Below, piece by piece: positions 19,846 to 28,715 of a stretch of DNA of 64,000 bases (its first letter is position 1; each line of letters starts with the position of its first letter). Where the stretch lies: positions 50,846 through 114,845 of the forward strand of contig JBBRCQ010000002.1 of the NCBI GenBank assembly GCA_038204725.1, given 5' to 3'. This DNA comes from Bacteroidales bacterium (lineage in GTDB: Bacteria > Bacteroidota > Bacteroidia > Bacteroidales > JACABE01). A model generated the notes under the pieces. That model had not been told where the DNA came from and made no database searches. It saw only the letters and a list, made by a program, of their open reading frames with translations. The position numbers and the translations under genes are program-made.

Positions 19846-21642
19846 ATGAAAGCTATGTATTTTTTACAGAAAAAAAGTATTTTATTGATTTGCTTTTCGC
19901 TGCTGATGGTCTCTGTGTATGCAGGTCCCGTTGGAAAAGAAAAAGCACAACGTGTAGCTCAGAACTTTTTGAACCGTGAAGTGAAAATGAATTCCGGAAA
20001 TTTTGTTGCTGCTTACGAAGCTGTGATGGATGTGAACAAAAGTCAAACTGTGATGCATGTTTTTTCAAGTGATCATTCATACATCGTAGTTTCTGCCGAT
20101 GACAGAGTATATCCGATTCTGGCCTATTCTAATGAAAGTTCATTTCCTGAAAAAGGAAAAGTTCCTCCTTTCGATTTTTGGATGGATCAATTATCTTCAG
20201 GAATTGTAGCGCAATCCCGATTAAAATCAACTGTTGCAGAAGATGTTGCTGCTGCCTGGGAATTGTATGATTCAAATCTTAAATCAGGAAGTACCCTTAA
20301 AAGTACAAATTCTGTAGCTCCACTGTTATCTACCTTCTGGAATCAGGATAACCGTTACAACTATTATTGTCCTACAGCTCCATCAGGGCCTGATGGAAAA
20401 TGTTATGCCGGTTGTGTTGCCGCTTCTATGGCACAGGTTATGAGATTTTACAATTATCCTGAAACAGGCAGAGGTACTTATGCTTATGAACATCCTGCTT
20501 ATGGATTGCTTTCTGCTGATTTTGGAAACACTACTTATGATTGGGCTAATATGGTAACAGATCTTACACAAATTATAATTACGGATACTGTTTCTCGTAA
20601 TGCCATTGCTAAGCTGATGTACCACTGTGGTGTTGCAGTTAATATGGATTACGCACCTTCCGGATCAGGTTCACAAACCGATTATGTTCCTGAAGCAATG
20701 TATAATTATTTCAAATACAGACGCCAAATTAATACTGCCAATAGAATTAATTATACAGATGATGAATGGAGAAATTTACTGGTAGAAAATCTTGATATGA
20801 GTTATCCTATGATTTACAGAGGAAATCCACCAACCGGTGGCGTGGGTCATGCTTGGGTTTTAGACGGATACCAAAGTACAAATTTTTTCCACTTTAATTT
20901 TGGTTGGGGTGGTTATGCTAACGGTAATTTTTTACTCAATAACTTAACACCTCCGGGAAATAATTTCAACGGAAACCAAGGTATTGTTTATAACATTGTT
21001 CCTGACAATACTACGTTATATCCATACTGTGATTCCAAAAAATATTTTGCTAAAAGTTATACGTTTACCGATGGCAGTTATACCGATAAATATCTGAATA
21101 ATACCAATTGCGAATGGTTGATCAAACCTGATACAATGCCAAATCAATCATTGACACTTTCATTTATTGAATTCAGAACTGAAGCCGGTAAAGATATTTT
21201 AACCGTATATGATGGCGAAAATTCATCAGGTACAATATTGGGTAGCTATTCCGGTAATACTTTACCTGCAACATTAACTTCAACAACAGGTGCATTCTTT
21301 TTGGTTTTTGTAACCGATGGAGCCAATAATGATTTTGGCTGGAAAGTTAAATATACTTCTCAGTTTTTAGGAGTTCAGGAAAATGAAGTAGCTGCACAAC
21401 TCAATGTATATCCAAATCCTGCTCACAATCAACTGAACATTTCAGGCGATTTTAAAGTTTCCGGAAATGTAAAATATTCAGTTGCAAATATTGTAGGAGC
21501 AACTGTATTATCTTCTGAAATGAATATTGCTGAAGGTATTCAAAACAAAACTATTGATATCAGCCAGTTAAAAGCCGGTATTTATATCTTGAATATTGAA
21601 AACGAAAAAGGGAATGCTTATACTAAATTTATTGTAGAATAA
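19846..21642 (+). CDS. Secreted C10-family (streptopain-like) cysteine peptidase with CUB-like domain and T9SS C-terminal sorting domain
   Basis: 598 aa. Signal peptide; pro-region AQRVAQNFL; catalytic Cys context CYAGCVAASMAQVMRFYNYP; CUB-like CEWLIKPD...ILTVYDGENSSGTILGSYSG; C-terminal sorting domain LNVYPNPAHNQLNI...GIYILNIE. Confidence 0.8.
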   Translation: MKAMYFLQKKSILLICFSLLMVSVYAGPVGKEKAQRVAQNFLNREVKMNSGNFVAAYEAVMDVNKSQTVMHVFSSDHSYIVVSADDRVYPILAYSNESSFPEKGKVPPFDFWMDQLSSGIVAQSRLKSTVAEDVAAAWELYDSNLKSGSTLKSTNSVAPLLSTFWNQDNRYNYYCPTAPSGPDGKCYAGCVAASMAQVMRFYNYPETGRGTYAYEHPAYGLLSADFGNTTYDWANMVTDLTQIIITDTVSRNAIAKLMYHCGVAVNMDYAPSGSGSQTDYVPEAMYNYFKYRRQINTANRINYTDDEWRNLLVENLDMSYPMIYRGNPPTGGVGHAWVLDGYQSTNFFHFNFGWGGYANGNFLLNNLTPPGNNFNGNQGIVYNIVPDNTTLYPYCDSKKYFAKSYTFTDGSYTDKYLNNTNCEWLIKPDTMPNQSLTLSFIEFRTEAGKDILTVYDGENSSGTILGSYSGNTLPATLTSTTGAFFLVFVTDGANNDFGWKVKYTSQFLGVQENEVAAQLNVYPNPAHNQLNISGDFKVSGNVKYSVANIVGATVLSSEMNIAEGIQNKTIDISQLKAGIYILNIENEKGNAYTKFIVE

Positions 21643-21664
21643 GCTTATTCTTTATAATAAAAAA

Positions 21665-21700
21665 ATAGCCATTTTCTTAAAGGAAATGGCTATTTTTTTT
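21665..21700 (+). terminator. Rho-independent terminator after the C10 peptidase gene
   Basis: ATAGCCATTT(TC) pairs with (GG)AAATGGCTAT, followed by T8. Confidence 0.8.
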
Positions 21701-21739
21701 GAAAAGTTAATTGTAAATGATTTTATCTGAGTATGAATT

Positions 21740-21916
21740 TTAGATGCTGCTGTAATGATTGGAGGATTTATTGCTTTAGGTGTTGGTGGACTCGCTTTAG
21801 CTCCATGAGTTGTAGCAGGTAGTGTAATTTATGGAATAGTTTCAATTTCTGGAGGTAGTGATTTGTTAAATTCTCAATTTGATTATTCGAAACAATTAAA
21901 TTTTATTCATCATTAA
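21740..21916 (+). pseudogene. Start-less gene fragment encoding a Gly-zipper/TM-like C-terminal peptide, with an in-frame TGA at 21806-21808
   Basis: Frame reads LDAAVMIGGFIALGVGGLALAP*VVAGSVIYGIVSISGGSDLLNSQFDYSKQLNFIHH*. There is no upstream start in this frame. Confidence 0.3.
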
Positions 21917-21933
21917 TCCAATCAATTGTTTTT

Positions 21934-22245
21934 ATGAAAGATTTATTATACATTTTATTTTTTAGTGTTGTAAGGGATGATGGAACAAATTCTTTACATA
22001 AGAGAACTATTTATTTAATTGAAGGCTTACTAACTCTGTTTTTTATAGCTTTGATAGAAATATTAATTGGAGTGTTTAATTTAAGAATGTCGAATTTTAT
22101 TTTATATATACTTATTATGTTACCTGCTCCTTTTATTTCTTATGTTCTTACGAAATCTATGTATGGAAAAGGAAAAGGAGAAATTATTGTAAATAATTAT
22201 ATAAATAAACGTAAAAGGATATTATATATTCTAATGGTGTTTTAG
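21934..22245 (+). CDS. Small hypothetical membrane protein (2-3 TM)
   Basis: 103 aa with hydrophobic stretches LIEGLLTLFFIALIEILIGVF and FILYILIMLPAPFISYVL. No family recognised. Lies in a decayed region. Confidence 0.35.
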   Translation: MKDLLYILFFSVVRDDGTNSLHKRTIYLIEGLLTLFFIALIEILIGVFNLRMSNFILYILIMLPAPFISYVLTKSMYGKGKGEIIVNNYINKRKRILYILMVF

Positions 22246-22302
22246 CCCCCTAAATAATCGGACAAGATTATAATTAGAAAAGTATTATTAATTTTGGCAA
22301 TT

Positions 22303-22368
22303 ATGAAAAAAAAACATTTACAAAAGAACAAAAATTAGCAATTTTAAAGGAAGCATACTACAAATGAC
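22303..22368 (+). pseudogene. Possible 5' remnant of an IS3-family orfA (HTH transposase)
   Basis: An ATG followed by an A9 run. With a 1-nt frame shift it reads MKKK-TFTKEQKLAILKEAYYK*, resembling IS3 OrfA N-termini. Only about 20 codons remain. Confidence 0.25.
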
Positions 22369-22467
22369 AGCATTCCTTCAATTGCTAAAACTATTAATGA
22401 AATGATAGCAACAGACAGCAACTTCAACCCAAGTTTAAACAAAGTAGCGGGTAAAAATGGAACGAAT

Positions 22468-22788
22468 GATATTTCCAGCTTTTCGGAAGGAGACATTCAT
22501 GTATATCCAAATCCTGTGCAGGATTAGCTGAATGTACAGTTCAAAGGTACTGTCACTGCAGATGGCTGCAGCTATCAATTGTATGATGGAGAAGGCAGGC
22601 TTTTTTCAAGTAATGGAAGTATGCAAATGCTCACAAAAGTAAATATGCAACCTGCTAAAAAAGGGGTTTACTATTTAGTAGTATTGGCTAAAGATGGGAA
22701 TGAGAATGTATTGGAAAGTGGTGATGCAGTAAATGGCCTATCCCCCTTGCCCCCTTTCCAAAAGAAAGGGGGTAAGAGTTCCTCCTGA
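22468..22788 (+). pseudogene. Relic T9SS C-terminal sorting domain with an in-frame TAG (22525-22527)
   Basis: Reads DISSFSEGDIHVYPNPVQD*LNVQFKGTVTADGCSYQLYDGEGRLF...KKGVYYLVVLAKDG. There is no N-terminal body upstream. Confidence 0.6.
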
Positions 22789-23031
22789 ATGGAATATAAT
22801 TTTTCCAAAGGAAATAGATAATAATAGTTGTTTTCTTAAACAATGGCCGTTTCGGTGCTTACATCTTTACCTGTATGATAGCAGGTAGAACTAAGCCTAT
22901 CCCCCTTGCACCTTTCCAAAAGAAAGGGGGTAAGAGTTCCTCCTGAATGGAATATAATTTTCCCAAAGGAAATAGATAAGGATAGTTGTTTTCTTAAACA
23001 ATAGCAGTTTCGGTGCTTACATCTTTACCGG
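22737..23031. repeat. Tandem direct duplication, 159-bp period (copy A 22737-22873, copy B 22896-23031)
   Basis: The copies are near-identical over about 137 nt. Each includes the hairpin CCCCCTTTC-CAAAA-GAAAGGGGG and the last 12 codons of the minus-strand gene 22994..23749. Confidence 0.9.
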
Positions 23032-23749
23032 TTTGCCGGCGTGTAGAGCGGGCTTTGAGCTGGGTTTTGTAATAAAGGATCAGATCATTCAATTCATTGG
23101 CCATGGTGGAATAATCAAGTTCTTCATATTCGTTAGCACAAAATTCGATGGCATCGAAAAAGGAAAAGACGGCTTTGTCGGTTATAATACGTATGCTGCG
23201 TGAATCAATTTTTTCTGTGGTTCCATTTTCACCGGTACGCTGTAAAAACAGTTTGTCAAATTCCGTATTAACGATAGAAAGCTGATCGAACCATAACTTT
23301 AGATTTAATCCTTCCACTGCAGTTTTTACCTCGGGTTTTGCATCATAATCCTTCAGGAAATCGGTTATACGTTTGGTTTCTGAATTGTAGTTGGCCGATG
23401 CTATATCACGGCCATGAATGTCGAGAAAATGATTTAATACTTTAACATGTGGAACAATGGAAGGCAGACTTAGTTTTTCCATCGTTTTAACCTGAGCTGA
23501 AATGGCATTAAACAATGTGTCGCGTTCATTGTCCAGTTCCAGCAATTGATTGCTGATGACATTGCTCATTTCATGTGCTTTTATTTTTTCCAGCACTGGA
23601 AGTTTAAGGGTGATACCCTGAAACGACTTTGTTAAATGCAATTCGGATGTGTCGTATTTCTTTACGATCCCGACAATCTGGTTCACAAACATTGTATATT
23701 CGCTGTTCCAGAGTGTGTTTATTGATAAACGAATAATTTTTATTTTCAT
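22994..23749 (-). CDS. Hypothetical all-alpha protein (Bacteroidota-restricted family, DUF6261-like by recollection)
   Basis: 251 aa with no catalytic motifs. The helical heptad-like sequence has conserved-looking LDNERDTLF and NYNSETKRI segments. Confidence 0.5.
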   Translation of the reverse strand: MKIKIIRLSINTLWNSEYTMFVNQIVGIVKKYDTSELHLTKSFQGITLKLPVLEKIKAHEMSNVISNQLLELDNERDTLFNAISAQVKTMEKLSLPSIVPHVKVLNHFLDIHGRDIASANYNSETKRITDFLKDYDAKPEVKTAVEGLNLKLWFDQLSIVNTEFDKLFLQRTGENGTTEKIDSRSIRIITDKAVFSFFDAIEFCANEYEELDYSTMANELNDLILYYKTQLKARSTRRQTGKDVSTETAIV

Positions 23750-23980
23750 AATTTTAAATGATTTGATGGTTAGCTTTAGGAAATTGTTAACACAAAGATA
23801 AGGTCATTCATCGCTTCGTGTATATTTTATTTTTATTATATTGTGTTAATTTCTGATTGATCTTTTCAACTTTACTTTTTTGTATAGCGAAATAAGTAAA
23901 ACAAGCTAATATCATCAGGCCTTTCATATCCGATGTATTATTATTCCCTTATAATGCAATTCATCTCTGCTTCGTTTGGA

Positions 23981-24247
23981 ACAAACTGAATCTGTTTTGA
24001 GCTAAACACGTGATGGAAAAGTCAAACTGAATCCGTTTTGAGCTAAACACTTGATGGAAAAGTCAAACTGAAACTGTTTTGAGCTAAACACGTGATGGAA
24101 ATGTCAAACTGAATCTGTTTTGAGCTAAACACGTGATGGAAAAGTCAAACTGAATCTGTTTTGAGCTAAACACTTGATGGAAATGTCAAACTGAATCTGT
24201 TTTGAGCTAAACACGTGATAGAAAAGGCAAACTGAATCTGTTTTTTT
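23981..24247. repeat. 41-bp tandem repeat x6.5 (TCAAACTGAATCTGTTTTGAGCTAAACACGTGATGGAAAAG)
   Basis: Units start at 23981, 24022, 24063, 24104, 24145, 24186 and 24227 (partial). Variation is confined to a few positions. CACGTG is present in units 1, 3, 4 and 6; CACTTG in units 2 and 5. Confidence 0.95.
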
Positions 24248-24367
24248 AACAAAAGTGATAGTCTCACTCGCAGTGAGGCTATCACAGAGCTACTTAATTG
24301 CAGTGAAGCTGTCACTGAGAGAAATATTACTTTTAAGGATTTAAGAATGAAAATGCAAATCTATTTT

Positions 24368-24375
24368 TATCTTTG
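24368..24375 (+). promoter_or_regulatory. Candidate -7 box TATCTTTG for the TonB-dependent receptor
   Basis: Matches TAnnTTTG. It lies inside the track ORF's first 18 codons and 26 nt before the ATG at 24401. Confidence 0.4.
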
Positions 24376-24400
24376 CATCTTATTTATACAGGCTTTGTTT

Positions 24401-26815
24401 ATGAGGAAATTAATTCTACTGATTGCTGTTTCGTTGATTTCAGGAATGGGGATTACACAAACGATTACAATTATCGACAAATCAGATTTGCAGGCTATCG
24501 CCAATGTAACTGTAACCGGTAATAATTATTCGACTACGAGCGGAAAAAATGGCAAAGTGGATCTAAGCAATTTTATGCAGGATGAGCTTCTGACGTTTAA
24601 ACACCTGGCTTATCAAACCATTACTGCCACCAGGAAAGAACTTGTAAATGCCGGCAATAGATTGCTAATGACCGAACATATTATAAAATTGAAAGAAGTA
24701 GTATTTTCTGCCAATAAAATAGAAGAAAGTAAGGCAGATATTCCGCATCACATAGAAGTAATCAGCAGTAAACAGATTGCGTTTAACAATCCACAGACCA
24801 CTGGTGATTTACTGCAACAGACCGGCAGTGTATTTATACAGCAAAGTCAGATGGGTGGAAGCAGTCCTGTGCTGAGAGGCTTCGAAGCCAACAAGGTGTT
24901 GATGGTGATGGATGGCGTACGTATGAACAATGCCATATACCGGTCAGGACATCTGCAGAATGTAATTACCATCGATCCCAATATGCTGGATAGGGTAGAA
25001 GTGGTTTTCGGACCGGGATCGGTACTATATGGCAGTGATGCAATAGGAGGGGTGATGGCATTTTTTACAAGACAACCCATACTTTCGTATAATGATAAGA
25101 TGTATGTAACATCAGGGATTTCAAGCCGATATTCATCTTCAAACAATGAGATGGCAGGTACTATTAATGTAAACCTGGGTTTTAAAAAATGGGCATTTTT
25201 AACCGTTATTTCATACAAAAACCTGGGCGATTTGCGCATGGGTGCAAGTGGAAGAGATCTCAAATACGGAGATTGGGGTAAAAGTTTATTTTTTGCAGAA
25301 AGGATCAACGCAAAAGATTCAATGTTGACCAATAGCAATCCAACTATCCAGAAAAATTCCGGGTATTCGCAATATGATATCCTGCAAAAAGTATTGTTTC
25401 AACCCAATACTCATATAAAATATATACTGAATCTGCAATATTCCAATTCCGGTGATGTGCCCCGTTACGACAGACTGACTGAAATGGATGCCGGCAAATT
25501 AAAATATGCCGATTGGTATTACGGACCTCAAAGCCGTATTTTTGCATCTTTAAGAACAGAACTTAAAGCGATACATGGTTTTTATGATAATGCTGTCATT
25601 ACCGCGGCTTATCAGAATATCAGCGAAGACCGTGTTAACAGGAGGTTCAATAAAACTGCCGAAAGTCATCAGGAGGAAACAGTAAACGCTTTGTCGCTGA
25701 ATGTTGATTTTATGAAGAACATCACCCTTAAAAATGAGTTGCGGTTCGGTATAGAAGCTGTTTACAATGCTGTAGGATCTATTGCTTATAATATCAATGT
25801 AAACACTCAATTAAAAACTTTTGACAATGTAAGTCGTTATCCCGACGATGGAAGCATTTATACGACGCTGGCTGCATTTGCGACCCATAACTGGGAACTT
25901 GGCAAGCAATTGGTTTTTTCGCAGGGGATTCGCCTCAGCAGCATTTATATGCATTCTGCATATACCGATACCATGATGAAGCTTACCAAATTTCCCTTCG
26001 ATAAAAGGATTGAACAAAATAATGCAGCTCTCTCCGGCAACCTGGGTTTGGTATATATGCCCGGTCATGACTGGCGATTTGCTTTAATGGGCTCGTCTGG
26101 TTTTCGTGCTCCCAATGTGGATGATGTAACCAAGATAAATGATTCTAAAGCAGGCAGTGTGATTGTTATACCCAATCCTGGTCTGAAACCTGAATATGCC
26201 TTCAATGCAGATTTTACAATCGGAAAAACATTTAACAATAAGCTTCAGCTTGAAATGAACTGTTTTTATACTTTAATAAAAGATGCCATTGTAGTAATTG
26301 CTTCTGAATTTAACGGACAGGATTCAATTGTATGGGGTGGATTACAAACTGCGGTACAAACTTCTTCCAATGCAGGGGAAGCGCATGTATATGGTATGCA
26401 GGGTAATATTTTGTTGCAATTGACCGAAAAAGTTTCTTTTAGTAGTAATTTGACTTATACTTATGGAAGGTTGAAAACCGGCAATTTGCCAATGGATCAT
26501 ATTCCTCCTGTTTTTGGTATGACTTCTTTTAAATTTGAAACCAAAAAGTTTAAAGCAGAGTTCTATTCCCGCTATAACGGATGGAAAAGGATAAATGATT
26601 ACAGTAACAGTGGTGAAGATAATTTGCAGCAGGCAACGGTGGATGGAACGCCATCATGGTATACACTAAATATCCGTACTGCTTACCAATTGAACAAAGT
26701 TTTGAATATACAACTAGGGATGGAAAATATACAGGACAGCTATTATCGGAACTTTGCTTCCGGCATCAGTGCATCTGGCCGAAATGTGGTGGTGGCTGTG
26801 AAAGCTAGGTTTTAA
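24401..26815 (+). CDS. TonB-dependent receptor, probably haem/haemoglobin type
   Basis: The track ORF starts at 24347, but a signal peptide (MRKLILLIAVSLISG) begins at 24401. CarboxypepD_reg-like N-domain, plug domain (VLRGFEANKVLMVMDGVRMNN), FRAP-like box (SSGFRAPNVDD), NPNL-like box (IPNPGLKPE), terminal F. Confidence 0.8.
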   Translation: MRKLILLIAVSLISGMGITQTITIIDKSDLQAIANVTVTGNNYSTTSGKNGKVDLSNFMQDELLTFKHLAYQTITATRKELVNAGNRLLMTEHIIKLKEVVFSANKIEESKADIPHHIEVISSKQIAFNNPQTTGDLLQQTGSVFIQQSQMGGSSPVLRGFEANKVLMVMDGVRMNNAIYRSGHLQNVITIDPNMLDRVEVVFGPGSVLYGSDAIGGVMAFFTRQPILSYNDKMYVTSGISSRYSSSNNEMAGTINVNLGFKKWAFLTVISYKNLGDLRMGASGRDLKYGDWGKSLFFAERINAKDSMLTNSNPTIQKNSGYSQYDILQKVLFQPNTHIKYILNLQYSNSGDVPRYDRLTEMDAGKLKYADWYYGPQSRIFASLRTELKAIHGFYDNAVITAAYQNISEDRVNRRFNKTAESHQEETVNALSLNVDFMKNITLKNELRFGIEAVYNAVGSIAYNINVNTQLKTFDNVSRYPDDGSIYTTLAAFATHNWELGKQLVFSQGIRLSSIYMHSAYTDTMMKLTKFPFDKRIEQNNAALSGNLGLVYMPGHDWRFALMGSSGFRAPNVDDVTKINDSKAGSVIVIPNPGLKPEYAFNADFTIGKTFNNKLQLEMNCFYTLIKDAIVVIASEFNGQDSIVWGGLQTAVQTSSNAGEAHVYGMQGNILLQLTEKVSFSSNLTYTYGRLKTGNLPMDHIPPVFGMTSFKFETKKFKAEFYSRYNGWKRINDYSNSGEDNLQQATVDGTPSWYTLNIRTAYQLNKVLNIQLGMENIQDSYYRNFASGISASGRNVVVAVKARF

Positions 26816-26873
26816 ATTGATAATAGAATAATTATATTTTCGGTCTTCCGACTTAATATCCAATAACTTTGAA

Positions 26874-26903
26874 ACCCTGACAGGTTTCAAACCCTGTCAG
26901 GGT
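26874..26903. terminator. Bidirectional hairpin between convergent genes (ACCCTGACAGG-tttcaaac-CCTGTCAGGGT)
   Basis: An 11-bp perfect stem in the convergent gap between the receptor stop (26815) and the J-domain gene stop (26976). Confidence 0.6.
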
Positions 26904-26940
26904 TATGTTAATCATTCTCTGTACTTTTGATTATCTTTGG

Positions 26941-26964
26941 ACTTCCGACTTCCGACTTCCGACT
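26941..26964. repeat. Heptamer array ACTTCCG x3.4
   Basis: Direct reading. Lies 12 nt from the stop of the minus-strand gene 26976..27425. Confidence 0.9.
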
Positions 26965-26975
26965 CAATCACCCAA

Positions 26976-27425
26976 TTAAGCAACCTGAAGATCTTTCTTA
27001 GATTTACGGTAGAGATAGGTATTAAAAATGTTTCTTTTCCCAAACCGGTATTGCTTGTCGGAATTTACCATTTTAGAAAATACAGTTTTAGAAACGCCGA
27101 AGTATTCATAAGTAGTGCCGTCTAAAAATGTAATTTCAAGCAATTGTCCTTTGTGTTTGAAATCGACGATACCGGATTCAGAGGTAGTGATTTTGTATTC
27201 TTCCAGGTTTGCTGCTTTTGTTTCGGGTGCAATACTCACAAGGAAATGGTAGGCATCAATAATCTGGCGACTTTTGATTTCAGCCTCGTTGAATAATTCA
27301 TCTCCATCCTGGAATTTATCGGGATGCCATTCTTTTACAAGGTTTCTGTAGGTGGTTTTTAATGTCTTAAGATCGGTGTCCGGTTCAACATTGAACAATT
27401 TTTTGTATTCGTTAATACGCTTCAT
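26976..27425 (-). CDS. J-domain (DnaJ N-terminal) + KTSC domain protein
   Basis: 149 aa. The J-domain has the HPD motif (YRNLVKEWHPDKF). The C-terminal half is KTSC-like (LEITFLDGTTYEYFGV). Confidence 0.7.
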   Translation of the reverse strand: MKRINEYKKLFNVEPDTDLKTLKTTYRNLVKEWHPDKFQDGDELFNEAEIKSRQIIDAYHFLVSIAPETKAANLEEYKITTSESGIVDFKHKGQLLEITFLDGTTYEYFGVSKTVFSKMVNSDKQYRFGKRNIFNTYLYRKSKKDLQVA

Positions 27426-27554
27426 GTATGTTTTATTTCTGAATTAATAGGGCTATAGAAATTTAAAGTGCTGAAATGCAAATGCCTTTTGTTTTTCTAA
27501 ACCGGGTGCAAAAGTAGTACTTTTATCGTTCAGAATGGAATTTAATTTAATAAA

Positions 27555-28493
27555 TTACTTCGAAGACAAAAATCTCTCGGCTTCGATGGCAGCCATACAA
27601 CCAGTACCGGCAGCAGTTACTGCCTGTCGGTAATAATGGTCCTGTACATCACCGGCAGCAAATACACCTTCGATATTGGTTAATGTAGATCCTGGTTTGG
27701 TTTTGATATAATCCATTGCATCCAATTCCAGTTTACCTTTAAATATTTCAGTATTGGGGGAGTGTCCGATAGCTACAAAAAAACCATGGATTGCTAATTG
27801 CTTGTTTTCTCCCGATTTTACATTTTGTAACAAAACTCCATTAACACCCGATAGATCTCCTAAGATTTCAAGAGCTGTATGATTCCACAATATTTCAATA
27901 TTGGGTGTATTGAAAACCTTTTCCTGCATGGCTTTAGATGCTCTTAATTGATCGCGTCTGACAATCATGTAAACTTTATTACATAATTTTGCCAGATAAG
28001 TAGCTTCTTCAGCGGCAGTATCACCACCACCTACGATGGCTACATCTTTTCCCCTGTAAAAAAAACCGTCGCAGGTAGCACATGCCGAAACACCCTGTCC
28101 GTTGTATTTTTTCTCAGATTCCAGACCTAACCATTTGGCCGAAGCTCCGGTAGCAATAATGACACTATCAGCCAATATTTTTTTGCCATCATCCGCCCAT
28201 ATTTTAAAAGGACGTTCTGTAAAGTCTACCTCTGTTACAATGCCCCATCTGGTTTCTGTACCAAATCGTTCAGCCTGTTTTTTCAATTGTTCCATCATAT
28301 CGGGTCCTTCAACTCCATCTGGATAACCGGGAAAATTGTCTACTTCAGTGGTAATGGTTAACTGTCCACCCGGTTGCAAGCCCTGATAAACTACTGGTTT
28401 TAGAGCAGCTCTGGAAGCGTAGATTGCTGCTGTATATCCTGCGGGGCCTGAGCCTATAATCAAACACTTTTGTTTCTCGAATTCTTGATTCAT
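27555..28493 (-). CDS. trxB: Thioredoxin-disulfide reductase
   Basis: 312 aa with GSGPAGYTAAIYA, the redox-active CATCDG, the GGGDTAAEEA NADPH motif and GVFAAGDV. Confidence 0.92.
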   Translation of the reverse strand: MNQEFEKQKCLIIGSGPAGYTAAIYASRAALKPVVYQGLQPGGQLTITTEVDNFPGYPDGVEGPDMMEQLKKQAERFGTETRWGIVTEVDFTERPFKIWADDGKKILADSVIIATGASAKWLGLESEKKYNGQGVSACATCDGFFYRGKDVAIVGGGDTAAEEATYLAKLCNKVYMIVRRDQLRASKAMQEKVFNTPNIEILWNHTALEILGDLSGVNGVLLQNVKSGENKQLAIHGFFVAIGHSPNTEIFKGKLELDAMDYIKTKPGSTLTNIEGVFAAGDVQDHYYRQAVTAAGTGCMAAIEAERFLSSK

Positions 28494-28561
28494 GATTAAG
28501 TCTATTATATTATTTTTATATTTAAAGTTAGCAATTTAGCTGTAATCAATCGAACATTGTA

Positions 28562-28594
28562 ACAAAAAAAAGTGTAAACAATAGATTTACACTT
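28562..28594 (-). terminator. Rho-independent terminator after 28716..29054
   Basis: On the minus strand, AAGTGTAAA-tctattg-TTTACACTT followed by T8. Confidence 0.6.
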
Positions 28595-28715
28595 TTAATT
28601 GCAAATAGTATTTTAACTGTTGGCATTGTTATGTTTCCGAAATGGTAACAGTTACAATTCTATCCCATTATCTTGAAATTCAATGGAGCCTATGCAGTGC
28701 TAAATATTAATTTCC

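Noticed and set aside
21806-21808. In-frame TGA in the Gly-zipper fragment, considered as possible stop-codon reassignment or selenocysteine
   Set aside because: TGA clearly terminates well-supported genes in this window (cinA at 48043-48045, the DUF1003 gene, moaA, the flippase at 36752). The fragment also lacks a start codon, so a pseudogene is the simpler explanation.
24847-26068. Four minus-strand track ORFs inside the TonB-dependent receptor gene. Similar antisense ORFs lie inside ffh, folD, trxB, parE, moeA, amn and other genes.
   Set aside because: They are fully embedded antisense to genes with strong family signatures and have no independent motifs. These are typical shadow ORFs.
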